Origin: Gemmatimonadaceae bacterium
Lineage (GTDB): Bacteria > Gemmatimonadota > Gemmatimonadetes > Gemmatimonadales > Gemmatimonadaceae
Length of the DNA: 64,000 nucleotides
Direction of reading: 5' to 3'
Assembly (NCBI GenBank): GCA_040901985.1
Contig: JBBDYC010000004.1
Coordinates: 55,097-119,096 of the forward strand
In this document: positions 30,855 through 43,223 of the stretch, in pieces
Layout of the letters: every line of letters starts with the position of its first letter
Numbering within the stretch: position 1 is the first letter of the stretch
Position numbers and translations under genes: made by a program
Notes under the pieces: model-generated
What the model was told of the DNA's origin: nothing
What the model saw: the letters and a program-made list of their open reading frames with translations, nothing else
The model's database searches: none

Positions 30855-30894
30855 CCGAAGCTCCGTCCGCAGCGGACGGAGCTTCGGTCGTTTT
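30855..30894 (+). terminator. Intrinsic terminator
   Basis: Perfect 15-bp inverted repeat ccgaagctccgtccg/cggacggagcttcgg followed by tcgtttt. Confidence 0.78.
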
Positions 30895-30943
30895 GCGCCG
30901 TGCCCTCCCGGAACCGCCCGCGCCGACACAGGCTTAATGTAGC

Positions 30944-31357
30944 ATGCCGATCGTTTCTGCCACCCGCCTCGTCCGGTTCAACGCCGCGCACCGCGTGTAC
31001 AATCCCGCGTGGAGCGACGCCGAGAACGCGCGCGTGTTCGGGAAGTGCAACAACCCCAACTGGCACGGCCACAACTACACGCTCGAGATCACGGTCGAGG
31101 GGACACCCGATCCGACGACCGGCTACACGTTCGACCTCGGCGAGCTCAAGCGAATTGCCGAGACCGAGTTGGTGCAGCAGGTGGACCACAAGAATCTCAA
31201 CCTCGACGTCCCGTTCATGGCGGGCGTCATCCCGACGACGGAGAACCTCGTGGTGGCGTGCTGGCGGATCCTCGCGCCGAAGGTCGCGCCGGCGCGGCTG
31301 ACCCGGCTCAAGCTCTGGGAAACGGAGAACCATTATGTCGAATACGACGGCCGCTGA
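30944..31357 (+). CDS. 6-pyruvoyl-tetrahydropterin synthase family protein (PTPS-II-type CX5HGH motif)
   Basis: FNAAHR...[25 protein letters not shown] and LWETEN motifs. Confidence 0.92.
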   Translation: MPIVSATRLVRFNAAHRVYNPAWSDAENARVFGKCNNPNWHGHNYTLEITVEGTPDPTTGYTFDLGELKRIAETELVQQVDHKNLNLDVPFMAGVIPTTENLVVACWRILAPKVAPARLTRLKLWETENHYVEYDGR

Positions 31358-31997
31358 GGCGGCGCGCCGCGCGGCCCGCGCCGCCGCGGGCTCGGATGCG
31401 TTCGAGGCCGACCCGTCCATCCACGGCGATCGGCTCCTCGAGTTCGAGAACATCGTGCGTCGCGAGCTCGAGCTCATCGGCGAGGATCCGTCGCGCCAGG
31501 GCCTGCTGAAGACGCCGGAGCGCGTGGCGAAGTCGATGGCCTGGCTGACGCGCGGCTACGAGATGAGCGTCGACGACGTCGTCGGCGATGCGGTCTTCGA
31601 CGAGGAGCACGAGTCGATGGTGATGGTGCGCGACATCGAGCTCTACTCGCTCTGCGAACATCACCTGCTCCCCTTCTTCGGCAAGGCGCATATCGCCTAC
31701 ATCCCGGACGGGCGGATTGTCGGGCTGTCGAAGCTCCCGCGGATCGTGGAGGTCTTCGCGCGTCGGCTCCAGGTGCAGGAGCGGCTGACCGAGCAGATCG
31801 CGGAGGCGATTGACGACGTACTGCATCCGGAAGGCGTCGGCGTGGTGATCGAGTGCGAGCACCTCTGCATGATGATGCGAGGGGTCGAGAAGCAGAACTC
31901 GAAGACGATTACATCCTCGCTGCGCGGCACGTTCAAGGACTCGCCGATGACGCGCGACGAGTTCCTGCGGCTCGCCTACGGCCCGGCGCGTCCGTGA
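31335..31997 (+). CDS. folE: GTP cyclohydrolase I
   Basis: [29 protein letters not shown] and [11 protein letters not shown] motifs. Confidence 0.97.
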   Translation: MSNTTAAEAARRAARAAAGSDAFEADPSIHGDRLLEFENIVRRELELIGEDPSRQGLLKTPERVAKSMAWLTRGYEMSVDDVVGDAVFDEEHESMVMVRDIELYSLCEHHLLPFFGKAHIAYIPDGRIVGLSKLPRIVEVFARRLQVQERLTEQIAEAIDDVLHPEGVGVVIECEHLCMMMRGVEKQNSKTITSSLRGTFKDSPMTRDEFLRLAYGPARP

Positions 31998-32701
31998 AGG
32001 GACGGACGGCGCTGGTGACCGGTGCCTCGCGTGGAATCGGGGCGGCGGTCGCGCGGGCGCTGGCGATGGCCGGCGCCCGCGTGGTCCTCGTCGCGCGCTC
32101 GGCGGGCGAGCTCTCGGCGCTCGCCGCCGAGTTGCCGAATGGTGCCGCGCCGCTCCCCGCCGACCTCGCCCAGCCCGATGCGACGCCGACCGTCGCCATC
32201 GCTGCGCGGGAGATTCTCGGCGCCGATCCGGACATCCTCGTGCACGCCGCAGGGACATTCCCGATGACGCGGTTCGAGAACACCACGGACGCCGACCTCG
32301 AGCGTGCGCTGGCATTGAATGTCGCCGCTCCGCTCCGCCTGACCCGTGCCTTCCTGCCGGCGATGCGTGCACGGCGGTCCGGGCACGTCGTGATGATCGG
32401 CTCGATTGCCGACCGACAGGCCTTTCCCGACAACTCGGTCTACGCGGCCACCAAGCACGCGCTGCGGGCGGCGCACGAGGTGTTGCGCGCCGAGACCCGA
32501 GGCAGTGGCGTGCGCGCGACGATCATCTCGCCGGCGGCCACCGATACGCCAATCTGGGATCCCTACGACCCCGACGGCTCAGGGCACCTGCCGTCGCGGA
32601 GTGACATGCTACGGGCCGAGGATGTGGCCGATGCCGTGCTCTGGGCGGTGACGCGTCCGCCGCACGTGGATGTGGACGAGCTGCGTCTCTCGCGCAGCTA
32701 G
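31994..32701 (+). CDS. SDR family oxidoreductase
   Basis: TGASRGIG and YAATK (YxxxK). GTGA-coupled to folE. Confidence 0.9.
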   Translation: MKGRTALVTGASRGIGAAVARALAMAGARVVLVARSAGELSALAAELPNGAAPLPADLAQPDATPTVAIAAREILGADPDILVHAAGTFPMTRFENTTDADLERALALNVAAPLRLTRAFLPAMRARRSGHVVMIGSIADRQAFPDNSVYAATKHALRAAHEVLRAETRGSGVRATIISPAATDTPIWDPYDPDGSGHLPSRSDMLRAEDVADAVLWAVTRPPHVDVDELRLSRS

Positions 32702-33915
32702 CGTTTGGGCTGGTCGGGCGCGTCCGGCGCCTTGACGGCCTCGGGGGCCTTTGGCGTGTCGGGCGGGCGGGGCTCCTTCCGCCGCTCCGCCGCCACCCCG
32801 GCCAGCAGATCGTCCTCGAACTCGTCGGCGAGGGCGCGCGTCACCTCGTCGAGGCTCCCTGTGCTCTCGAACAGCGCGCGCTGCCGCTCCGCGCTCGTCG
32901 GTGCGCCGTCGGCAATCCGTCGCAACTCGGCGATGTACGACGACCCGGCGGCGGCGAATCCGTTCTCGATCAGGTCGTCGAGCGTCCGCGCGAGGTACGG
33001 GCGGATCGGCATCGTGCTGCCGTCGTTGCCGGTGATGTAGTCGGCGTCCATCCCGTGCCGCGAGGCCCGCCACTTGTTCTCGCGGACGCGCCAGGCCGGC
33101 GGGAAGGGGCGCGCGACGCCGACGGCCACGCGCGCCGCCGAGCGGCGCGCCAGCGCCTGCACGAGCGCGACGACCATCGCCGTCTCGCGAATCGTCGCCA
33201 GCCCGTCGCAGACGCGGATCTCGAGCGTGCCGTAGCGCGGACTCGGGCGAATGTCCCACCAGAGGTCCTTGAGGGACGTGATCGCGTTGGCGTGCTGCAA
33301 CGTCGCCACGAGCTCGCAGAACTCGGTCCAGTCGTGCACCAGCGCCGGCATCCCGCCCGTCGGCAGCGCCTCGAAGACGGTGATCCGCGAGGAGGCGAGG
33401 CCCGTCGCGTGCCCCTGCCAGAACGGTGAACTGGTGGAGACCGCGAGCAAGAGGCCGAGGTCGTAGAGCAGGTCGTTCTGCACGGCGATGCACGTCTCGG
33501 GGTCCGGCATCCCGACGTGGACGTGCAGCCCGAAGATCAGGAGGCGTCGGGCAATCCACTGGTTGCGGGCGATCAGCCCGTGGTATCGGTCGGCCGGATA
33601 GAGCTTGCGCTCCTGATAGGTCGCGGTCGGGTGGGTGCCGGTGGCGATGAAGCGCACGCCCTGTTCGCGGGCGAGCGGCATCAGCCGGCTGCACGTTGCG
33701 CGCAGGTCGGCCTCGGCGGCCGCGGCGTTGGCGCAGATGCCGGTGCTGACCTCCAGCATCGACTGGAAGATCTCGGGCTGCACCGTCGGCGGCCCGCTCC
33801 AGCGACTGAGGAGTTGCGGCGCCTTGGGCGACAGTTCGAGCGTCTGCCGATCAACGATCTGGAGCTCCACCTCCACGCCGAGCGTGTTGGGCTCCGACTT
33901 CACGAAGTCGAGCAT
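32698..33915 (-). CDS. YbdK-family carboxylate-amine ligase (GCS2 glutamate-cysteine ligase)
   Basis: TLGVEVELQIVD, FGLHVHVG, SSPFWQG, WWDIRPSP and GTLEIRVCD. Start ATG 33915. Confidence 0.92.
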   Translation of the reverse strand: MLDFVKSEPNTLGVEVELQIVDRQTLELSPKAPQLLSRWSGPPTVQPEIFQSMLEVSTGICANAAAAEADLRATCSRLMPLAREQGVRFIATGTHPTATYQERKLYPADRYHGLIARNQWIARRLLIFGLHVHVGMPDPETCIAVQNDLLYDLGLLLAVSTSSPFWQGHATGLASSRITVFEALPTGGMPALVHDWTEFCELVATLQHANAITSLKDLWWDIRPSPRYGTLEIRVCDGLATIRETAMVVALVQALARRSAARVAVGVARPFPPAWRVRENKWRASRHGMDADYITGNDGSTMPIRPYLARTLDDLIENGFAAAGSSYIAELRRIADGAPTSAERQRALFESTGSLDEVTRALADEFEDDLLAGVAAERRKEPRPPDTPKAPEAVKAPDAPDQPKR

Positions 33916-34006
33916 GGGCGTGCGGTCGGGATTCGCGGCGCGCGCATCGTGCGCTCGCACAGGACCATCTAACTTACACCGATGCCACGGCGTGGGGAGC
34001 ACTAGA

Positions 34007-34633
34007 ATGCGGCTCGAACTCGCGGAACGGCTGCGCTGTCCGGCGGCCCACACGGCGACCGCGCTCGTTGTGGTCGCCACGCGCCTGGCCGACCGTGAAC
34101 TCGTCGAGGCATCCGTCGGGTGTCCGGTCTGTCGCCTCGAGGCCCGCGTGCAGGACGGGGACGTCGTCTTCCCTGACGCGCCGCGCAACGGGGCACCTCA
34201 CCGGGCGATGGACGACGCTGCCGCAGGGGATCGGCTCATCGCGCTGCTCGGCCTCGCCGAGCCTGGCGGCGCGGTGTTGCTCACGGGACGCTACATCGCG
34301 CTGGCGGCGGCGCTGGCGGAAGCGGTCAACGTGGCGGTGATGTGCCTCGGCGCGCCGCCGCCGACGCGCGCCGCGGGCGTGAGCGCGGTCCACGCGCCCG
34401 TGGGGAGCGTCCCGTTTACCGACGGCACGTTCCGCGCCGCGGCGCTCGACGCCGGAGTGGACGCCTCGACGGTGCGCGAGGCCGTCCGGACCGTCAGCGC
34501 CGCCGGCCGCGTTGTCGGCGCGCTGCCGCTGGAACGTCCGCCGGGCGTCAGCGAGCTGGCGCGCGACGGGCGGGAGTGGGTCGGCGAGCGGGACGCCGGC
34601 GCGAGCGGCGTCGTGCCGCTGCGTCGCGCCTGA
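34007..34633 (+). CDS. Hypothetical protein with Trm112-like N-terminus and degenerate methyltransferase-like C-terminus
   Basis: LRCPAAH...GCPVC...VQDG N-terminus; VPFTDGTF..AAL and EAVRTV..GRVV near the C-terminus. Confidence 0.55.
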   Translation: MRLELAERLRCPAAHTATALVVVATRLADRELVEASVGCPVCRLEARVQDGDVVFPDAPRNGAPHRAMDDAAAGDRLIALLGLAEPGGAVLLTGRYIALAAALAEAVNVAVMCLGAPPPTRAAGVSAVHAPVGSVPFTDGTFRAAALDAGVDASTVREAVRTVSAAGRVVGALPLERPPGVSELARDGREWVGERDAGASGVVPLRRA

Positions 34634-34675
34634 TCCACCATCGGCGCCGGCGGCGCCGCCGTCAGCGCGCCGTGA

Positions 34676-36490
34676 TCAGTCGCCGCCGTACAGTGAATCG
34701 ATCAACGCCTTGTACGACTGGTCCACCACCCTCCGCTTGACGCTCAGCTTCGGCGTCAGCTCCCCGCGCTCGATCGAGAAGTCGTGCTCGAGCAGCCCGA
34801 CCTTCTTCGGCATCTCGAAGGACGCCAGTCCGGTGAGCGACCCGAGGACCTCCTTCTCCATCTTCGCCCGGATCGTCGGCATCTCCAGCAGCTGCCGGCG
34901 TTCGGTCCAGATGATGTTCTTGATCCCCGCCCACTTCTCGAGGTTGTCCCAGTTGGGGACGATCAGGACGATCGGAAACTTGCGCTTGTCGCCGATCATC
35001 ACCGCCTGCGAGACGTACTTGTTGAGCTTGATGCGGTTCTCGATTGGCTGCGGCGCGATGTTCTTGCCGCCGGCGGTGACGATGATGTCCTTCTTGCGGT
35101 CGGTGATGCGGAGAAAGCCGTCCTCGAGCACGCCGATGTCGCCGGTGTGGAACCACCCGTCGGCGTCAATGACCTCGGCAGTCGCGTCGGGGCGGTTGTA
35201 GTAGCCCTTCATCACGTGGGGGCCCCGGGTGAGGATCTCGCCGTCGGGGGCGATCATCACCTCGACGCCGGCCACCGGCTTGCCCACGGACCCGATGCGG
35301 AACGCGTCGTCGCTGTTCACCGCGATCACCGGCGACGTCTCGGTGAGGCCGTACCCCTCGAGGATCGTGAGGCCGGCGGCGTAGAAGAACTTGTTGATGG
35401 ACGGCGCGAGCGGCGCTCCGCCGGAGACGAAGTACCGAAGCCGGCCGCCGGTGCGCTCCTTCAGCTTGGAGAATACGAGCTTCTGCGCGAGCGCATACTG
35501 CCAGGCGAGGAAGCCGCCCGGTTCACGGCCGCCAAGCTTCTCGTCGGCCCACCGGTCGGCAACCGCGGCCGCCCACCGGAAGATCCGCGCCTTCACCGCG
35601 CCGCCCGACATCGCGTTCTCCAGCACCCGCGCATACATCTTCTCGAAGAGCCGCGGCACGGACATCGCGAAATGTGGCCGGACCTCCGAGAGATTGAACG
35701 GCACGGTGTCAATGCTCTCGGCGTAGGCGATGCTGACGCCGCACGCGAAGAAGAGGTAGTCACCCATCCGCTCGAAGATGTGCGAGAGCGGGAGGAAGCT
35801 CAGCGCCACCTCGCCGGCGTTCACTGGCACCTTCTGTCGCGCCGCGAGGACGTTCGACGAGATGTTGTCGTGCGTGAGCATCACGCCCTTCGGCAGGCCG
35901 GTCGTGCCCGAGGTGTAGATCAGCGTCGCCAGGTCGTCGGGCTTCACGGTCATCGCGGCGGCCTTCCACTCGGCCGCCTTGGCCTCGCTGTCGAGTGCCG
36001 CGCCACTCGTCTCCAGCTCGTGGAATGTCATATCCACGCCCGGCGGGGCCGGGTCGGTGAAGCTGATGATCTTGCGCACCGTCTTGAGCTCGGCGCGCAC
36101 GGAAGCCGCTTTCGCCGCCTGGTCGGCGGTCGAGACGAACAGCATCACGGCGCCCGAGTCATTGAGCGGGTGGACGATCTGCTCGGCCGGCAGCGTCGGG
36201 TAGATCGGGACGTCGGTCATCCCGCCGCCGAGGCAGGCCCAGTCGGCGAGCGCCCACTCGGGACGGTTCTCCGACATGATCCCGATCCGGTCGCCGCGCT
36301 GGACGCCGAGCGCGGAGAGGGCGAGGGAGATCCGTCGGACGCGCTGCAGGACCGCGCGGTGCGATATCGGCACATACGTCCCGCCGAGCTTGTACTGGTA
36401 GGCGTGCGGCTGGTCGTGGCGCTCCACCGCCTCGAAGAAGAGCCGGTTCAGTGTGCTCGGCTCGGGTCGTGGTCCACCGGTTGCGGTCAT
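34676..36490 (-). CDS. Long-chain fatty acid-CoA ligase
   Basis: IYTSGTTGLPKG, EGYGLTETSP, GWFHTGDIG and DRKKD..GGKN. Start ATG 36490. Confidence 0.94.
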   Translation of the reverse strand: MTATGGPRPEPSTLNRLFFEAVERHDQPHAYQYKLGGTYVPISHRAVLQRVRRISLALSALGVQRGDRIGIMSENRPEWALADWACLGGGMTDVPIYPTLPAEQIVHPLNDSGAVMLFVSTADQAAKAASVRAELKTVRKIISFTDPAPPGVDMTFHELETSGAALDSEAKAAEWKAAAMTVKPDDLATLIYTSGTTGLPKGVMLTHDNISSNVLAARQKVPVNAGEVALSFLPLSHIFERMGDYLFFACGVSIAYAESIDTVPFNLSEVRPHFAMSVPRLFEKMYARVLENAMSGGAVKARIFRWAAAVADRWADEKLGGREPGGFLAWQYALAQKLVFSKLKERTGGRLRYFVSGGAPLAPSINKFFYAAGLTILEGYGLTETSPVIAVNSDDAFRIGSVGKPVAGVEVMIAPDGEILTRGPHVMKGYYNRPDATAEVIDADGWFHTGDIGVLEDGFLRITDRKKDIIVTAGGKNIAPQPIENRIKLNKYVSQAVMIGDKRKFPIVLIVPNWDNLEKWAGIKNIIWTERRQLLEMPTIRAKMEKEVLGSLTGLASFEMPKKVGLLEHDFSIERGELTPKLSVKRRVVDQSYKALIDSLYGGD

Positions 36491-36539
36491 CGATCGTAGC
36501 TCGGGCGAGGGATGAATGATGCGGGGAGCGGGACTCGCG

Positions 36540-37325
36540 TCAGGGCGGGGTGACGTGCACCACGAACCGCACCGGACTACCCGGCACCAGCGCGCCGCGC
36601 GACCGCACCTCCGCCACGACGATGAAGCTGTCGGTCGGGGTCGGAAGGACGTTGGCGTAGATGCGCAGGCGCCGGGTTGATGCGCCGTCGGCCTTCGTCG
36701 TGTCGAGGAGCATATGCCGCGCGCCGCTCGGGGGCCAGAGTGCGACGAGGGTCGTGTCAGTCGGGGCCAGGGTATCACCGGCGTGGACGATCCGCCAGCG
36801 TACCAGCCATCCCTTGACGTTGGCGCTGACGCCGTCGGTGGTGTCGTCGCTGCGGAGGATCGGCTGCAGGTTGGGGGAGACGTTTCCCGCGGCGTCTGGC
36901 AGTGCGTAGGTGTAGTTCAGGGTCGTCGAGGCCGGTGCGATCAACGAGTCGGGCTCCCGCGTGACGTCAATCGTGCGGATTGGCGACTGGAGCCCGGCAA
37001 TCGTGGCAATCAGGCGCACCGGGCCGTCGCGGCGCGTGGCGATGACGTATCCGTCGGGGCTGACTGTCACACCGGTGTCGAGCGTGAGGTACTCGATCGT
37101 CGCGCCGGCGATTACGTCGCCGCTGCCGTTGTAGGCGATCGCCGTGAGCGGGGTCGCGACGCCGGCGGCGTTGCGCAGCGTGTCGCCGCTCACGACCGCG
37201 GGGAACGCGATCCCGTGAAAGTCGAGCGCCGCGACGACCCCTGGCCCCGCCACCTCGGAGCACGCAAATGCCGCCGCCGCCGCGAGCGCCAGCGGCGCCG
37301 CCAGTCGTCTGACCGGGACGGTCAT
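36540..37325 (-). CDS. Hypothetical lipoprotein with Ig-like beta domains
   Basis: Lipobox AFAC and beta-rich sequence (VTVSPDGYVIA). Start ATG 37325 overlaps the ParA stop. Confidence 0.68.
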   Translation of the reverse strand: MTVPVRRLAAPLALAAAAAFACSEVAGPGVVAALDFHGIAFPAVVSGDTLRNAAGVATPLTAIAYNGSGDVIAGATIEYLTLDTGVTVSPDGYVIATRRDGPVRLIATIAGLQSPIRTIDVTREPDSLIAPASTTLNYTYALPDAAGNVSPNLQPILRSDDTTDGVSANVKGWLVRWRIVHAGDTLAPTDTTLVALWPPSGARHMLLDTTKADGASTRRLRIYANVLPTPTDSFIVVAEVRSRGALVPGSPVRFVVHVTPP

Positions 37326-38092
37326 AGACCGGCGCGTTCCGCGAGCTTGGTGGCCAGGTTCACGTAGGCCTGCGACGCCGCGTCGGCGGGTGAGCGCACC
37401 ACCGCCGGCTGGCCGGCGGCGAACGCCTCGGCGATCGCCGCCGTCCGCGGGACCACGATGTCGAGCATCAGGTGCGCCGGCACCTTCTCGCGGATGTAGC
37501 GGACCGTCGTCTCGCACGCGGCGTTCCCCGCCTCGTACATCGTGAGGAGGATGCCATCGAACACGAGGCGCGGGTGCGTGGCCACGATGTCCTGTACCCC
37601 GCGGAGGATCTGCGGGGTGGTCTGCAGGGCGAGCGGCTCCGCCTGCAGCGGGATCAGCACGCGGTCCGCCGAGGCGAGTGTGCGCCGCGTGGCGGGCCCA
37701 AGGCCGGGCGGCGTATCCACCACCACGATGTCGCAGCGCTCGCTCGCCGCCGCCAGCATCCGCGGCAACAGGTCGGACGACGCGATCTGCTCCTGGTACG
37801 CGGTGTGATCCACCGCGTCGGTCACGCTGCCGGCGAGCATCACGCGGAGCCAGGGCAACGTGGTCGGGAGGAGGACCTCGCGGAGCGACCGTTCGCCGGC
37901 GAGATAGTCGGCGAATCCGTAGGTCGGATGGCCGGGCCGGAGGCCGGCGCCGAAGCGCACCGATCCCTGCGGGTCCACGTCCACCAGCAGCGTCCGTCGG
38001 CCACGCCGGGCAAAGGCAGCGGCAAGGTTCACCGCGGTGGCCGTCTTGCCCACGCCGCCTTTCTGACTCACGATCGCGAGGATGATGCCCAC
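37322..38092 (-). CDS. ParA family ATPase (orphan)
   Basis: QKGGVGKT, DVDPQGS and DTPP motifs. No parB nearby. Confidence 0.92.
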   Translation of the reverse strand: MGIILAIVSQKGGVGKTATAVNLAAAFARRGRRTLLVDVDPQGSVRFGAGLRPGHPTYGFADYLAGERSLREVLLPTTLPWLRVMLAGSVTDAVDHTAYQEQIASSDLLPRMLAAASERCDIVVVDTPPGLGPATRRTLASADRVLIPLQAEPLALQTTPQILRGVQDIVATHPRLVFDGILLTMYEAGNAACETTVRYIREKVPAHLMLDIVVPRTAAIAEAFAAGQPAVVRSPADAASQAYVNLATKLAERAGL

Positions 38093-38093
38093 G

Positions 38094-38546
38094 TCAGCTG
38101 CCGGGTGAAGGAAGCGTGCTGTCGTTCGCGCGCAGTTGGTCGAGGGTGGCCTGTGCGTGCGCGATCCAGCGCTCCGCGTCGGGGCCGTCGGGCGGATGCG
38201 CGAGGAAGGCGCGCAGGTGCTTCATCGCAAAGGCGGGGTCGCCGCGCTTGATCAACAGGAAGGCAATCCCATAATGGGCGCCGGCGAGCGTCGGCTCGAT
38301 CTCCAGCGCCTTGCGGTAGGCCCGGACCGCCTCTTCGACCCGCCCGATCCGGGAGAGCGCGATCGCGAGGTTTTGCAGCACCTTGAGGTCGTCGGGCCGC
38401 TCCCGCAGGGCCAGCCGGTACGACGTCACCGCCGCGTCGAAATCGCCCTGACGCTCCAGCACCAGCGCCTCGTTCATGTAGTCGAGGCGCTGCTGGTGCT
38501 GCGCTGACTCGGAACGGCCGCCGAAGAGGCGGTCCCAGAATGACAT
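38094..38546 (-). CDS. Tetratricopeptide repeat protein
   Basis: TPR patterns such as NLAIAL..GRVEEAVRAYRKALEIEP. Start ATG 38546. Confidence 0.85.
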   Translation of the reverse strand: MSFWDRLFGGRSESAQHQQRLDYMNEALVLERQGDFDAAVTSYRLALRERPDDLKVLQNLAIALSRIGRVEEAVRAYRKALEIEPTLAGAHYGIAFLLIKRGDPAFAMKHLRAFLAHPPDGPDAERWIAHAQATLDQLRANDSTLPSPGS

Positions 38547-38667
38547 AGGCTCGGGCTGGGCGGGTGTCTGGCACAAGCTATTGATGGGTGAAAGGGCCAG
38601 CAACCACGGATGCGCCGCGCTGTTGCCGGGCGTTAGCTTCCGACGGTACCTCTGCTCAGGAGTCCCG

Positions 38668-39198
38668 ATGCCGGTGCGCCGCCCCGTCCCTTCCGCCGTG
38701 AGGGAGACCCTGGTCGTCGAGTGGCCCCTCTTCGGGGAGCTGTCCCGGGCGCTCGCCCTCAAGGTTTCGCGACACTTCGACCCCGAGATCGTCATCGGCG
38801 TCGCCACGGCCGGCGTCGTGCCCGGCGCGGTCGTTGCGGCGATGCTCGACCGTCCCTTCCATTCGATCATCGTCAGCCGCCGCTACCGTGCCGAAACGGT
38901 GCGCGACACGCCGGTGGTCATGTCCGCCGCGCCGACGGAGGTGCACGGGCGGCGGGTGCTGGTCGTGGACGAGACCTGCAATGCCGGCGACACGATGCGT
39001 CTGGCGGTGGCGGCAATCATCAATGCCGGCGCCAGCGAGGTGCGGACCGCCGTGGGCTTCCGAACCGGGCCGTACCAGCCGGACTTCCACGCGCTCGAGA
39101 CCGAGGCGACAATCGTGCTGCCGTGGGATCGTGAGCAGATCATTGACGGGGAACTGCACGCCAATCCGAAGTACCGCGGCCTGCCTCTCGAGCCGTGA
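38668..39198 (+). CDS. Type I phosphoribosyltransferase family protein
   Basis: PRPP-binding RVLVVDETCNAGDT and C-terminal IVLPWD. Confidence 0.85.
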   Translation: MPVRRPVPSAVRETLVVEWPLFGELSRALALKVSRHFDPEIVIGVATAGVVPGAVVAAMLDRPFHSIIVSRRYRAETVRDTPVVMSAAPTEVHGRRVLVVDETCNAGDTMRLAVAAIINAGASEVRTAVGFRTGPYQPDFHALETEATIVLPWDREQIIDGELHANPKYRGLPLEP

Positions 39199-39980
39199 GG
39201 CTTCCGGGCTGGGTCCGTCGCCTGACCGATCCGCTTACCGAGCGGATTCCGGTTCCCGTCGTCTCGGGCGTGAATGCGGGACGGTGGTGGGGGTTGGCCA
39301 GCGCAGGGAGCGGCTACGCGTCCGGCTGTCGCGCCGCCGAGCAGATGATGGTCCTCCGGGCGCTGCTCCGGGATGGCGACACCGTCTGGGACGTGGGCGC
39401 GCACCACGGGTACGTGACGCTGCTGGCGTGCCGGTGCGTCGGTCCGTCGGGGGCGGTGCACGCCTTCGAGCCGTCGACGGCAAACGGACGCATCCTGCGC
39501 CGGCATCTCCTCTGGAATGGGTGTCGGAACGCCTTCGTCCACGCCGTCGCGCTCGGCGATGCCGATGGGGAGGCCCGGTTCGGCGGCGGTCCGACGTCAA
39601 AGATGCACGCGCTCGGCCAAGGCGAGGAGCGGGTGAGCGTCCGGTGCGGCGCGGCGATGGTATCGGACGGGGCCTGTGCGGCGCCGACGTTCCTCAAGGT
39701 GGACGTGGAGGGGGCGGAGGGCGCGTTCCTAGAAGGGTGTGGGTCAATGCTCGCGCCGGGAACGCGGGCAGTGATCGCGATTCACTCGGCCGAGGCAGAC
39801 CGGCGGTGCTCGGCGTGGCTCGACGCGCACGGGTTCGTGCAGATGCCGTCGCGCGCGCTCGTCGCGGCGCGCGTGGGGCCGTGGCACGCCGATCCCGACG
39901 TCTACGTGGTGGGGCCCGGCGGGGACGCCGACGGCGCGATGCGTCGGACGCTCGTGCGCCTCGGCGCGATTGACGCCTAG
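39195..39980 (+). CDS. FkbM family methyltransferase
   Basis: WDVGAHHG, VHAFEP and LKVDVEGAE motifs. Confidence 0.88.
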   Translation: MRLPGWVRRLTDPLTERIPVPVVSGVNAGRWWGLASAGSGYASGCRAAEQMMVLRALLRDGDTVWDVGAHHGYVTLLACRCVGPSGAVHAFEPSTANGRILRRHLLWNGCRNAFVHAVALGDADGEARFGGGPTSKMHALGQGEERVSVRCGAAMVSDGACAAPTFLKVDVEGAEGAFLEGCGSMLAPGTRAVIAIHSAEADRRCSAWLDAHGFVQMPSRALVAARVGPWHADPDVYVVGPGGDADGAMRRTLVRLGAIDA

Positions 39981-40534
39981 GCGACTTCCTTCAGCGCGTC
40001 CGCGTAGCCCACGCCGTCGGTGAGTCGCCGGTACACGTGGGCAATCACGTCGGGACTCGCCAGCAGGAAGCGGCAGCGCGCCGCGCCGGCGGACCGGCAC
40101 TCGACCTCCAGGCACCCGATCTGGCCGCTGGCCACGCGGCCAAAGACGTCGCCAAGCATCCCCGCCGTGTAGTAGCACGACGGGTAGGCCATTGCCGCCG
40201 CCGGGTCCGCCTCTGCCCAGTCGGGACTGTCGAACGCCACCGCCGCGTCGCCAAGCGGTTCCAGCGTGACCGTGCCCCACCCGGTGTCGGCAAAAAAGCG
40301 AGCCGCGGCCTGCTGGAAGGCCGCATAGTCCAGCGACTCGGGGGCGCCAAGGCCGTTCGCCCCGCACCACGCCTGCAAGGCGGCGAAGACCGCGCCGCCG
40401 CCCGCGGTGCCGGCTTCCTGCAACACCGTGGCGTAGGCGTTGCCGAGGTCGCGCACGAGCGAGGCGCGCAAGGTGGTGAGCGAGGCGCGCGGGACCGCGG
40501 AGAGCGCCGAGGCGCCGAGGGAGAACGGGGTCAT
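39977..40534 (-). CDS. V4R domain-containing protein
   Basis: GWG, C..AG.L and EVECRSAGAARCRF pattern typical of V4R domains. Confidence 0.8.
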   Translation of the reverse strand: MTPFSLGASALSAVPRASLTTLRASLVRDLGNAYATVLQEAGTAGGGAVFAALQAWCGANGLGAPESLDYAAFQQAAARFFADTGWGTVTLEPLGDAAVAFDSPDWAEADPAAAMAYPSCYYTAGMLGDVFGRVASGQIGCLEVECRSAGAARCRFLLASPDVIAHVYRRLTDGVGYADALKEVA

Positions 40535-40552
40535 CGTTGGGTCAAAGAACGT

Positions 40553-43140
<2,588 letters not shown>

Positions 43141-43223
43141 ATTGGACTCCCGGTCGGGCGGGGGGTTTATTACGGCGTGGCGCGAACTCCCTCTAACGTT
43201 GCCAGCGTGCCCGGGGCGGGTCA

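Noticed and set aside
30944..31357. Gene symbol queD
   Set aside because: The active-site motif is CX5HGH (PTPS-II type) rather than the QueD CX3HGH, and no que genes are adjacent.
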